Origin: Candidatus Sumerlaeia bacterium
GTDB lineage: Bacteria > Sumerlaeota > Sumerlaeia > SLMS01
Assembly (NCBI GenBank): GCA_038208905.1
Contig: JBBQYG010000044.1
Location: 1 to 26,969, forward strand
Length of the DNA stretch: 26,969 nt
Direction of reading: 5' to 3'
Below the pieces are notes generated by a model that had not been told where the DNA came from, made no database searches, and saw only the letters and a list, made by a program, of their open reading frames with translations. Below, one piece after another: positions 8,143-16,332 of the stretch. A program made the position numbers and the translations under genes. How positions within the stretch are numbered: position 1 is the stretch's first letter; the number at the start of each line of letters is the position of its first letter.

Positions 8143-9060
8143 ATGTCGCCGAAGCACCCCGTGTCATTCCTTGCCCTTGTCGTTGTGGCAACTCTCTCCT
8201 CTCCGATCGCCGCCGCAACCGTTACGGGCACGATCAAGAACGATTGCTGGCACTATCCGTTCAACGCCACCCCGGCGACGCGCGCTATCGCGCCGCTGTT
8301 TATCACCAACGACCCGAGCTTCACCGAGTTCGAAGTGCGCGACGGTGTCGCCGTCATTCAGTGGAACGTGGCCCTTCCCCCCGCTCTCATTGGCGAAACG
8401 CTGCAAGTGACCAGCGCCACCATCGTTTACTACGACGAGAAGGAAGCCGACTGGGCATTTGGCTCGAACAACACTTTCGGCGTCCCCGAGGCCATCCAGG
8501 TGTTCGCGGCCGGATTCGGCGCCGTCCACACTGAGGCGTCCTGGACAGCCTCCTGGGCTCCCGTATTCACCCCCCAGCCCCCTGCGGAGAGCGGTCGTTT
8601 CCAGGGAGGATGGATCATTCCGCCGTCTACGGTCTCCACGCGCAGCCGCGACCCATTCCCCCGTGATCTGGTCACCGATGTGAATGTTCAGGACACCGTG
8701 GTCGGCGCCACCTCCTGGGGTACTTCCACAGCTGGGACGATCACCGCTCCTTATGTTCCCGGCGCGATGACGGATGCCTTCCCAGTCACGCTCGCGCTCA
8801 ATGTCGCCGATCCGACGGTTCAGGCCGAACTGGTTGCCGATCTCACCAGCGGCGTCAGTAGCTGGGTCGTCACTTCCACGTTCGACCTCGCCGCCGGCAG
8901 CATGGGGCCCGCCGAGTCCGTCACTAATGCGCCCCAGCTCATCATGAGCGAGGGCGTTGGCAATACAACCTACGGCACGTCCCAGCTCGCCCCGTCGCTC
9001 GTCATCGAAGTCGTCGCCGTCCTCCCCTCCTCCGCCCAGAACTGGCAGATGTTCGAGTAA
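8143..9060 (+). CDS. secreted hypothetical protein with short aromatic C-terminal tail
   Basis: RBS AAGGAAG; Sec signal MSPKHPVSFLALVVVATLSSPIAAA; Thr/Val-rich body; ends ...LPSSAQNWQMFE*. Confidence 0.8.
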   Translation: MSPKHPVSFLALVVVATLSSPIAAATVTGTIKNDCWHYPFNATPATRAIAPLFITNDPSFTEFEVRDGVAVIQWNVALPPALIGETLQVTSATIVYYDEKEADWAFGSNNTFGVPEAIQVFAAGFGAVHTEASWTASWAPVFTPQPPAESGRFQGGWIIPPSTVSTRSRDPFPRDLVTDVNVQDTVVGATSWGTSTAGTITAPYVPGAMTDAFPVTLALNVADPTVQAELVADLTSGVSSWVVTSTFDLAAGSMGPAESVTNAPQLIMSEGVGNTTYGTSQLAPSLVIEVVAVLPSSAQNWQMFE

Positions 9061-9138
9061 CGGGCGCGCCATTCCCAGTTGCACCCGCGAGGCACAGTCA
9101 TCGGACTGTGCCTCGCGCCTTTTGGGGAGAGAACCCGC

Positions 9139-11001
9139 ATGGCAATGGTGTGGCTGGATGAGCTGGAACTCGGCGTCGTGCGCCAGGGGTGGGGAGTTGC
9201 CATGCCCCGCAAGAGTGTGGGCGGCAATCCCCTGACCGTGGCCGGGCGGGAATACCAGCGCGGCGTCGGCACCCACGCCATCGCGGAGTTCAAGATCCGG
9301 CTCGACGGCTGCGCCTCGCGCTTCGCATTCGGGTTTGGCATCGACAGCGAGGTGGGCGCCGCCGGAGCCGCGCGCGTCGAGGCGCTGGTGGACCGGAGCT
9401 CTGTCTATACATCGCCGAAATTCCGCGGAGGCGAACCGGTGGCGACGGCCGCCGTTGATCTCGCGGGCGCCCGCGAACTCGTCATCATCGTCCACGAAGT
9501 CGGCGGCATGGACATGGCCCACGTGGACCTTGTGGACGCGGCGTTCGAGATAGCGGAGGGCGCCGTCGGGCGGCCCGCCATCGAGGAGATCATCCACCCC
9601 GACCCCCGCATCGCCACCACCGACCGCAACGCCTGTGGAATTCACGGGCCGCGCGTCGTCGGGCTCACGCCGTGGCGCGATTTCCTCTACCGCGTTCCCG
9701 CATCCGGGCTTGGCCCGTTGACTTATGCGGCGCGTGGCCTCCCCGATGGCCTTTCCATCGACCCGCAAACAGGAATCATCTGCGGAAGGGCTGGGCGCGC
9801 CGGCGAGTTCGACGCATTGCTGGAAGTCACCGGACATGCTGGACGCGCCGAGCGCCCGATGCGATTCAGGGTCGGCACGGGCAAGCTCGCGCTGACGCCG
9901 CCGATGGGATGGAATTCGTGGAACTGCTGGGGAAAGAATCTGGACGCGGCCAAGGTCCGCGACGCCGCCCGCGCGATGGTCGATTCCGGGCTCGCCGATT
10001 TTGGATATCAATATATCAATCTAGACGACGGTTGGCAGGGCGCCCGCGATCCCGAGGGGCGCATCCACGGACACTCCGCCTTCCCCGACATGAAGGCTGT
10101 CGCCGACGATATTCACGCCCTCGGGCTTCGCGCCGGAATCTACTCCTCGCCCGGACCCAAGACGTGCGCCGGGTTCGAGGGAAGTCTCGGCCACGAGGTC
10201 GCCGACGCCCGCCGCTACGCGGAGTGGGGCTACGACTACCTCAAGTACGACTACTGCACCTACAGCGAAGTCTGCCCCGAGGACACACTCGCCGCCCACA
10301 AGAAGCCCTATTTGATCATGGGCGATGCGCTTCGCCAGAGCGGGCGGGACATCGTTTTCGCCATCTGCACCGAGGGAAACTTCGAGCCTTGGAACTGGGC
10401 CACCGAAGCCCACGCCCACCTGTGGCGGACGACGCCTGACATCGTGGATTCCTGGGGGAGCGTCGCCGGCATCGCCTTCAACCAGGAGCCCCTCGCCGAC
10501 CGCGCCAAGCCGGGGCGCTGGAACGATCCCGACATGCTGGTCGTCGGCACAGTGGGCTGGGGCGACTCGCCTCGCGTCACGCGCCTGACGCGCAACGAAC
10601 AGGTCACCCATGTCACCCTTTGGGCCATGCTGGCGGCACCGATGCTGCTTGGCTGCGACTTGACGCGACTCGACGAATTCACTTTCAACCTGCTTAGCAA
10701 CACCGAGGTCATCGACTTGAATCAGGACGCCCTTGGGGTCCAGGGCCGACTCCTGCTCGTGCGCGGTTTCACCGAGGTTTGGACGCGGCCACTGGTTGGA
10801 GGTCTCGTGGCGATGGCGATCTTCAATCGGGGGCCATTCGACGAGGAGCCGATCATCGAGGCGGAGCATATCCCCATGTCCTCCCTGGGCCCCATCCGCG
10901 ACCTGTGGTCGCGCGAGGACCTCGGTCCATTCGGGGCTGCGCGGCCGTTCCGGCTTGGCCCGCATCAGTCGCTGCTCTTTGCCCTGGGCCGCGCCCGATA
11001 A
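9139..11001 (+). CDS. GH27 alpha-galactosidase with N-terminal NPCBM/NEW2 and Ig-like (He_PIG) domains
   Basis: GGGGAGA then ATG 9139; NPCBM 'QGWG..GNPLTVAGREYQRGVGTHA'; He_PIG 'GLPDGLSIDPQTGII'; GH27 LTPPMGWNSWN, NLDDGWQ, DYLKYDYC, LWRTTPDI, WNDPDMLVVG. Confidence 0.93.
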   Translation: MAMVWLDELELGVVRQGWGVAMPRKSVGGNPLTVAGREYQRGVGTHAIAEFKIRLDGCASRFAFGFGIDSEVGAAGAARVEALVDRSSVYTSPKFRGGEPVATAAVDLAGARELVIIVHEVGGMDMAHVDLVDAAFEIAEGAVGRPAIEEIIHPDPRIATTDRNACGIHGPRVVGLTPWRDFLYRVPASGLGPLTYAARGLPDGLSIDPQTGIICGRAGRAGEFDALLEVTGHAGRAERPMRFRVGTGKLALTPPMGWNSWNCWGKNLDAAKVRDAARAMVDSGLADFGYQYINLDDGWQGARDPEGRIHGHSAFPDMKAVADDIHALGLRAGIYSSPGPKTCAGFEGSLGHEVADARRYAEWGYDYLKYDYCTYSEVCPEDTLAAHKKPYLIMGDALRQSGRDIVFAICTEGNFEPWNWATEAHAHLWRTTPDIVDSWGSVAGIAFNQEPLADRAKPGRWNDPDMLVVGTVGWGDSPRVTRLTRNEQVTHVTLWAMLAAPMLLGCDLTRLDEFTFNLLSNTEVIDLNQDALGVQGRLLLVRGFTEVWTRPLVGGLVAMAIFNRGPFDEEPIIEAEHIPMSSLGPIRDLWSREDLGPFGAARPFRLGPHQSLLFALGRAR

Positions 11002-11008
11002 CCCGGCG

Positions 11009-11038
11009 TTGACAGCTTCGGGAGCCGACGGAAAGCAT
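11009..11038 (+). promoter_or_regulatory. possible sigma70-type promoter for the next gene
   Basis: Perfect TTGACA (11009-11014); weak -10 AAGCAT 18 nt downstream; ATG 6 nt later with no SD, so possibly leaderless. Confidence 0.25.
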
Positions 11039-11044
11039 CGACCC

Positions 11045-12805
11045 ATGAAGCGCGATCCCAACTCCACCGTGGCACCGTACTTCGGCTGGGTGGTCATCGG
11101 CGCCCTTGCCGCGGGTCCTGCCATTGACCGCGCCGACTACCAGGATCGCCTGCGCGCCATGTGGCTGGGCAAGGCCATCGCCAACTGGACGGGCCTTCGC
11201 ACGGAAATCCAGTTCAACAATCCGCCGTTTCCCACCGACGCATCATGGGGCGGATCCACCGCGCGCGGAAAAATCGAGTTCGTCCTCGATCAGGACCCCT
11301 GGCTCGCCGACGACGACACCGACATCGAGTACGTCCTCCTCCACCTCATCAATCAGCACGGCACGCCCTTCCTGACCGCCCAGCAATTGCGAGGCGGATG
11401 GATATCCCACATCAACCGCGAGATCTGGGTCTCGAACCAGCGGGCCAGAAACCTGATGAATCGCGGCATCGCGCCTCCAGCCACGGGGATGGGGGTGGCC
11501 AATTCCGACTACCTGATGATTGATGCGCAACTTGTCACGGAGGTCCTTGGCGCGCTCGCCCCCGGCATGCCGGAACAGGCCCTGCGCATCAGCGACCTCC
11601 CCATCCGCACGTCATCCGCGGGATACGCAACCCACGCCGCGCAGTTCCACGTTCTGCTCTACTCCCATGCGCCGATGGTTGATCGCGGCATGAGTGGCAG
11701 GGAGAAGGTCCTGGCGCTCGTCGATCACGCGCGGGCCTTCATTCCCGACTCCTCCAAGACTGCCGACATCGTGGATTTCGTGCGCGCGGACTATCTTGCC
11801 AATCCCGACCGCGAGGACTGGGAGCGCACGCGCGACCGCATATACATCCGCTATCATCGCGACGCGGCAGGCAACGGATTCCGCTATCGCGGAGAGTTCG
11901 AATCCTCCGTCAACTTCGCCACGGGCATCATGGCGCTGCTCTATGGAGAGGGCGACTACCCGCGCACGATCCGCATTGGAGCGCTGAGCGGCTGGGACTC
12001 CGACAATCCCACCGCCACCATGGGCGGAGTGGTGGCGCTTACGCTCGGGTACGAGGGCCTGCGCGCGCAGTTCGGCGGACGCGGCTTCTCCGACCGATTC
12101 GACATCTACCGCACGCGCGACTCCCTTCCGGACTATCTCCCCGGCGACGCCGCGGCGCAGGACACCTTCACGCTCATGGCCGCCCGCATGATGCCGATGG
12201 TGGACCAAGTGATCGTTGCCGCGGGCGGGCGTATAGACAGTGGCACCCTCGTGCTTCCTCCGCCACGCGGCGGCAACCCACTCTTCCTGAACCCGACCTA
12301 TCGCGATTACCTCCGCAGCGCCAACAATCGCGTCGTCGCCGCAGGTGGCACCGTCAGTGCATTCAGTTCCAGCGGGCTGGCCACTGCCAGCCTCGTCGCC
12401 GACGGCGCGGAACTCGACTTCTCCGGACGCGAGGACGACGACTCGCGGCATCGCGCCTTTTCGACCCAGGCCGCCCCGATCAAGGGTGACATCGAATGGA
12501 TCGCCGTCTCCTACGACCGGCCCATCGCGGTCCACACGGTTCGGTTTATCGAGGGCGACCACACGTCCACAGGCGGCTGGTTCGATCCGGTCCTCGCGGT
12601 CCGATTGCTCATCGATGGAGAGTGGCGCCAGACCGAGGGCACGCTCGCCATTAGCGAACAGCAGGACGCCGGGCAGCCGTTCCAAACCATCGACTTCGTC
12701 CTGGCAGCGCCCGTCTCGGCCCTGGGCGTTTGGATCGAGGGGCGCCCCGGCGGTTCCGGGCGCTTCGTCACCTGCGCCGAGCTCGACGCGCTCGCCCCGC
12801 CCTGA
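11045..12805 (+). CDS. ADP-ribosylglycohydrolase-family protein with C-terminal beta-sandwich (galactose-binding-like) domain
   Basis: YQDRLRAMWLGKAIANWTG, ADDDTDIEY, IDAQLVTE, GWDSDNPTATMGG (acidic metal-binding motifs); C-terminal EWIAVSYDRPIAVHTVRFIEG...FVTCAELDA; short hydrophobic N-terminus. Confidence 0.8.
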   Translation: MKRDPNSTVAPYFGWVVIGALAAGPAIDRADYQDRLRAMWLGKAIANWTGLRTEIQFNNPPFPTDASWGGSTARGKIEFVLDQDPWLADDDTDIEYVLLHLINQHGTPFLTAQQLRGGWISHINREIWVSNQRARNLMNRGIAPPATGMGVANSDYLMIDAQLVTEVLGALAPGMPEQALRISDLPIRTSSAGYATHAAQFHVLLYSHAPMVDRGMSGREKVLALVDHARAFIPDSSKTADIVDFVRADYLANPDREDWERTRDRIYIRYHRDAAGNGFRYRGEFESSVNFATGIMALLYGEGDYPRTIRIGALSGWDSDNPTATMGGVVALTLGYEGLRAQFGGRGFSDRFDIYRTRDSLPDYLPGDAAAQDTFTLMAARMMPMVDQVIVAAGGRIDSGTLVLPPPRGGNPLFLNPTYRDYLRSANNRVVAAGGTVSAFSSSGLATASLVADGAELDFSGREDDDSRHRAFSTQAAPIKGDIEWIAVSYDRPIAVHTVRFIEGDHTSTGGWFDPVLAVRLLIDGEWRQTEGTLAISEQQDAGQPFQTIDFVLAAPVSALGVWIEGRPGGSGRFVTCAELDALAPP

Positions 12806-12904
12806 ATCGAATCGCCCCGGGAGAACCAGCTTGCGCCAAGGTTCCCGCCCCTCCACAACTACCTGCGTCAGCCAGCCCACACGCGACGTGCCCCGCGCTC
12901 CACG

Positions 12905-13924
12905 ATGACCTCCGCCGAGAAACGAAAAGCCACGGAGTCGATCGAGGCATGGCTGTATCTTGCCCCCGCCCTCGCGATTCTCTGTACCTTCTGGTTCCTG
13001 CCCATCATCATTTCGCTGCTGATGAGCTTCGGCAACATCACGGCGCTCAAGCCCATGGACCAGATGGCGTTCGTGGGCGTTCGCCAGTACACCGACGCCC
13101 TCCGCAGTTCGGAATTTCATCAGTCGCTCTGGAATACGGTGAACTACGCCCTCTATGCGGTCCCCGTCACGATCACTCTCGCGATGCTGATTGCGATGAC
13201 GCTGAACGGACGCATGAAGGGGCGCGGCATCTTCCGGACGATCTTCTTTCTGCCCTACATCACCACCTGGGTCGCCGTGTCGATCGTGTTCAAGTACCTC
13301 TTCGACCGCGAGTACGGAATTGGCAACTGGCTCCTCGAAGTGATTTCTCTCGATATCCTCGGCATGGAATCCGCCTACCGCCTCAACTGGCTCGCGGAAC
13401 CCCGCGGCATCTGGGAGCTTTTCCTTCTCAATCCCCTCGGCATTCAAGTCGGCCGCATGCCTCTGGGAATCGACAATCTGGTCAAGGGGCCTTCCCTCTC
13501 GCTGGCCTGCGTGATTGCGACAAGCGTGTGGCGAGACGTGGGCTATGCGATGGTGATCATCCTGGCAGGACTCCAGAACATCGACCGCAGCCTCTATGAG
13601 GCGGCCTCCATCGACGGCGCGGGCCCGTTGCAGAAGTTCCGGGCGATCACCTTCCCGCTCCTGAGCCCCGTCACGTTCTTCATCCTCACCATTTCGATGA
13701 TTGGCGCCTTCAAGGTGTTCATCCCCCAGTTCATGATGACGCCCACCGGGGGGCCCGACAACACCACCACCCCGATGGTGATGTACCTTTATGAACAGGG
13801 CTTTACCGGCGAGTGGAAGCTCAGCTATGCCGCCGCCGTCGCGTATATCCTCACGCTCATTATTCTCGCGCTCACGCTGTTCCAGAATCGGCTCCTGGGC
13901 AAGCGCGTGGAGTACGGCCACTGA
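12905..13924 (+). CDS. carbohydrate ABC transporter permease (MalF/UgpA-like)
   Basis: Multiple TM segments; FRTIFFLP; EAA loop LYEAASIDGAGPLQKFRAITFPLL. Confidence 0.93.
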   Translation: MTSAEKRKATESIEAWLYLAPALAILCTFWFLPIIISLLMSFGNITALKPMDQMAFVGVRQYTDALRSSEFHQSLWNTVNYALYAVPVTITLAMLIAMTLNGRMKGRGIFRTIFFLPYITTWVAVSIVFKYLFDREYGIGNWLLEVISLDILGMESAYRLNWLAEPRGIWELFLLNPLGIQVGRMPLGIDNLVKGPSLSLACVIATSVWRDVGYAMVIILAGLQNIDRSLYEAASIDGAGPLQKFRAITFPLLSPVTFFILTISMIGAFKVFIPQFMMTPTGGPDNTTTPMVMYLYEQGFTGEWKLSYAAAVAYILTLIILALTLFQNRLLGKRVEYGH

Positions 13925-15141
13925 TGGGCGCCCTGATCCTCGCACAAGCTCCGGCAACGGGCGGCAACCCGCTGCTTCAGGCGGTGGTGGCGCTGGTGAT
14001 CCTCGCCAACTTCGCGGCGATCGTGGTGCTCTACCTCTCCTCGACAAGTCGCGCCAGCGATTCGCCGACCCAGAAGCGGGGGAGCATCGCGGGAGCGTTC
14101 CTCAAGTACGAGGTGCTCCTGTTCGGCGCCGTCGTGATGCTGCTGCCGTTCTATTGGATGATCGTCACGGCGTTCAAGGATGGCCAGACCGCCGCCGCGT
14201 TTCCGCCCGTCTGGACTCCGTCACGCATCGCGACCAAAGCCCCTGATCCCAAGACCGGCGAGATGATCCGCGTGGTTCCCCTCGGCACGGCGCAACGCAC
14301 CGGCGAACAGGTCCGCGTCGTACCCTATGACAACATGGTCTTTCGCCGCGTGCAGGAATCCGACTTCAGCGTGACGAAGGAAATCCCCGACCCGGATTTC
14401 GTGTTTCTCTCCGATCCCGCGCTCTTCCAGACAGATTCGGTAATCAGCCTGGACCTGAAGAACTTCCGCCGCGCGTGGTATCGGCCCGAGGAATCGAGCC
14501 GCGGCCAAGTCAACTTTCAGACCTACTTCGCCGTCTCGATCATCAGCAGCCTGCTGGCGACCGTCGGCACGCTGATAACCTCCGCGCTCGCGGCGTTCGC
14601 GTTTGCCCGGCTCGTTTTCTGGGGAAAGACCTATCTCTTCTACATCGTCCTCGCCACGATGATGGTGCCGGGCCAGGTGCTCCTGATTCCAAACTTCCTC
14701 ATCCTCTCCAGCATCGGCTGGCTGGATACCTGGGCCGCGCTGGTGGTGCCGTGGCTGGCTTCCGTCTTCACGATCTTCCTGATGCGCCAGTTTTTCATGA
14801 CGATCCCGGAGGACCTCTGGGACGCGGCGCGGATCGACGGCGCCTCGCGATTCCGATATCTGTGGCAGGTGGTGGTTCCGCTTAGCCGCCCCGTGTTCGT
14901 CACGGCGGGAATCTTCGACTTCCTGAACAACTGGAACTCGCTCCTGTGGCCGTTGATCGTGACAAGCACGCCGCGTATGAGGACGCTGATGGTGGGGTTG
15001 CAGAACCTGAACGACGACGCCGGCGCGGAGTTCCACATCCTGATGGCGGCGAGCTGTTTCGCTGTGCTCCCGGTGGTCCTCGTCTTCTTTTTCCTTCAGC
15101 GATTCTTCATCGAGGGCATCGCCCGCACGGGACTCAAGTAG
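13924..15141 (+). CDS. carbohydrate ABC transporter permease (MalG/UgpE-like)
   Basis: TGATG stop/start coupling at 13922-13926; LLPFYWM, ATMMVPGQV, LWDAARIDGASRFR, FLNNWNSLLWP, LQRFFIEGIARTGLK. Confidence 0.93.
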   Translation: MGALILAQAPATGGNPLLQAVVALVILANFAAIVVLYLSSTSRASDSPTQKRGSIAGAFLKYEVLLFGAVVMLLPFYWMIVTAFKDGQTAAAFPPVWTPSRIATKAPDPKTGEMIRVVPLGTAQRTGEQVRVVPYDNMVFRRVQESDFSVTKEIPDPDFVFLSDPALFQTDSVISLDLKNFRRAWYRPEESSRGQVNFQTYFAVSIISSLLATVGTLITSALAAFAFARLVFWGKTYLFYIVLATMMVPGQVLLIPNFLILSSIGWLDTWAALVVPWLASVFTIFLMRQFFMTIPEDLWDAARIDGASRFRYLWQVVVPLSRPVFVTAGIFDFLNNWNSLLWPLIVTSTPRMRTLMVGLQNLNDDAGAEFHILMAASCFAVLPVVLVFFFLQRFFIEGIARTGLK

Positions 15142-16183
15142 CGCGCGCGATTTCTGTCTGCGCCATCTCCTGGATGATCGAGTCCAGGCTCCGCTCCAGC
15201 CGCCAGCCCGGATAGTCCCGCCGGAATTTCGTCAAGTCGCTGATGTAGCAGATGTGATCGCCCACTCGGTTGCGATCGAAGTAGGTGTGGCGGATCGGCT
15301 TGCCGACGATCTCGCCGATGCGCGCGATTGCCTCCAGCATCGACACGCTGTTTGCCCGCCCCCCGCCCAGATTGTATACCTCGCCCGGGCGCGGGCTTGA
15401 TCGATACGCCTCGAAGGCCCCGATCACGTCGGCACTGTGGATGTTGTCGCGGACCTGCTTTCCCTTGTACCCAAAGATCGTGTACTCCTCGCCACGCACC
15501 GCCACGCGCACGAGGTAGTTCAGGAAGCCGTGAAGCTGCACCCCGCTGTGCGATGGCCCCGTCAGGCAGCCGCCGCGGAAGATGCCCACCTTCAGGCCGA
15601 AATAGCGGCCATACTCCTGGGCCATGATGTCGGCGGAGAGCTTCGACGCCCCCATGATCGAATGCGTGGACTGGTCGATGCGGCACGATTCGGCGATGCC
15701 GTCGCGATCCGCGGGCCGCGCGTAGTCCCAGCGCGTTTCCAACTCCGCCAGCGGAACCTCGTTGGGGGCGTCTCCATACACCTTGTTGGTGCTCATGTGG
15801 ATGAACACCGCGCCGGGGGCGTGGAGGCGCGTCGCCTCCAGCAGGTTCAGCGTCCCCATCGCGTTGACCTCGAAGTCCAGCAGCGGAATCTCCCGCGCCT
15901 TGTCGTGGGAGGGCTGCGCCGCGCAGTGGATCACAAGCTCGGGCTGGAACTCGGCGAAGTGCGCGAACACATGCCCGCGATCCCGGATGTCGATCGCGTG
16001 ATGCTGGAAGCGCGTCGTGCGATCCCTCAACCGTCGCAGGTTCCAGATCGTGTCGCCCGCCGCGCCGAAAAACTCCGCGCGCATGTTGTTGTCGATCCCC
16101 GACACCTCGTCGCCGCGCGCGTCATAGAACAGCACCGCCTCGGAGCCGATCAGACCATTGCAGCCAGTGACGAGCACGCGCAT
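15134..16183 (-). CDS. NAD-dependent NDP-sugar epimerase/dehydratase (CDP-paratose 2-epimerase-like extended SDR)
   Basis: TGCNGLIG Rossmann motif, HCAAQPSHD, STNKVYGD, GKQVRDNIH, YNLGGG; 3' end overlaps the permease 3' end by 8 nt. Confidence 0.88.
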   Translation of the reverse strand: MRVLVTGCNGLIGSEAVLFYDARGDEVSGIDNNMRAEFFGAAGDTIWNLRRLRDRTTRFQHHAIDIRDRGHVFAHFAEFQPELVIHCAAQPSHDKAREIPLLDFEVNAMGTLNLLEATRLHAPGAVFIHMSTNKVYGDAPNEVPLAELETRWDYARPADRDGIAESCRIDQSTHSIMGASKLSADIMAQEYGRYFGLKVGIFRGGCLTGPSHSGVQLHGFLNYLVRVAVRGEEYTIFGYKGKQVRDNIHSADVIGAFEAYRSSPRPGEVYNLGGGRANSVSMLEAIARIGEIVGKPIRHTYFDRNRVGDHICYISDLTKFRRDYPGWRLERSLDSIIQEMAQTEIARAT

Positions 16184-16226
16184 CGAGTCATCCTTTTACC
16201 TGAGTTCGTTCCGACAGAAGCCACGA

Positions 16227-16332
16227 GGAGAATGGGAAACGGGGAAAGGGGAATGGAAAAAAAAGGTGGTCGCGCTGGGGAGCACCTTCCGCCTTTTCCG
16301 CCGTCTTCATTCCCGATTCCCCATTCCCTTCC
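16227..16332. repeat. heptamer-armed inverted repeat (~106 bp hairpin element)
   Basis: Left arm ggagaat-gggaaac-ggggaaa-ggggaat (16227-16254); right arm attcccg-attcccc-attccct (16309-16329); inner stem aaggtg/cacctt; overlaps the kinase stop codon. Confidence 0.7.

Noticed and set aside
2552..14047. Long antisense ORFs (2552..4444, 8164..10011, 11612..14047; likewise 20543..22183)
   Set aside because: They mirror well-supported genes and show no recognisable motifs.
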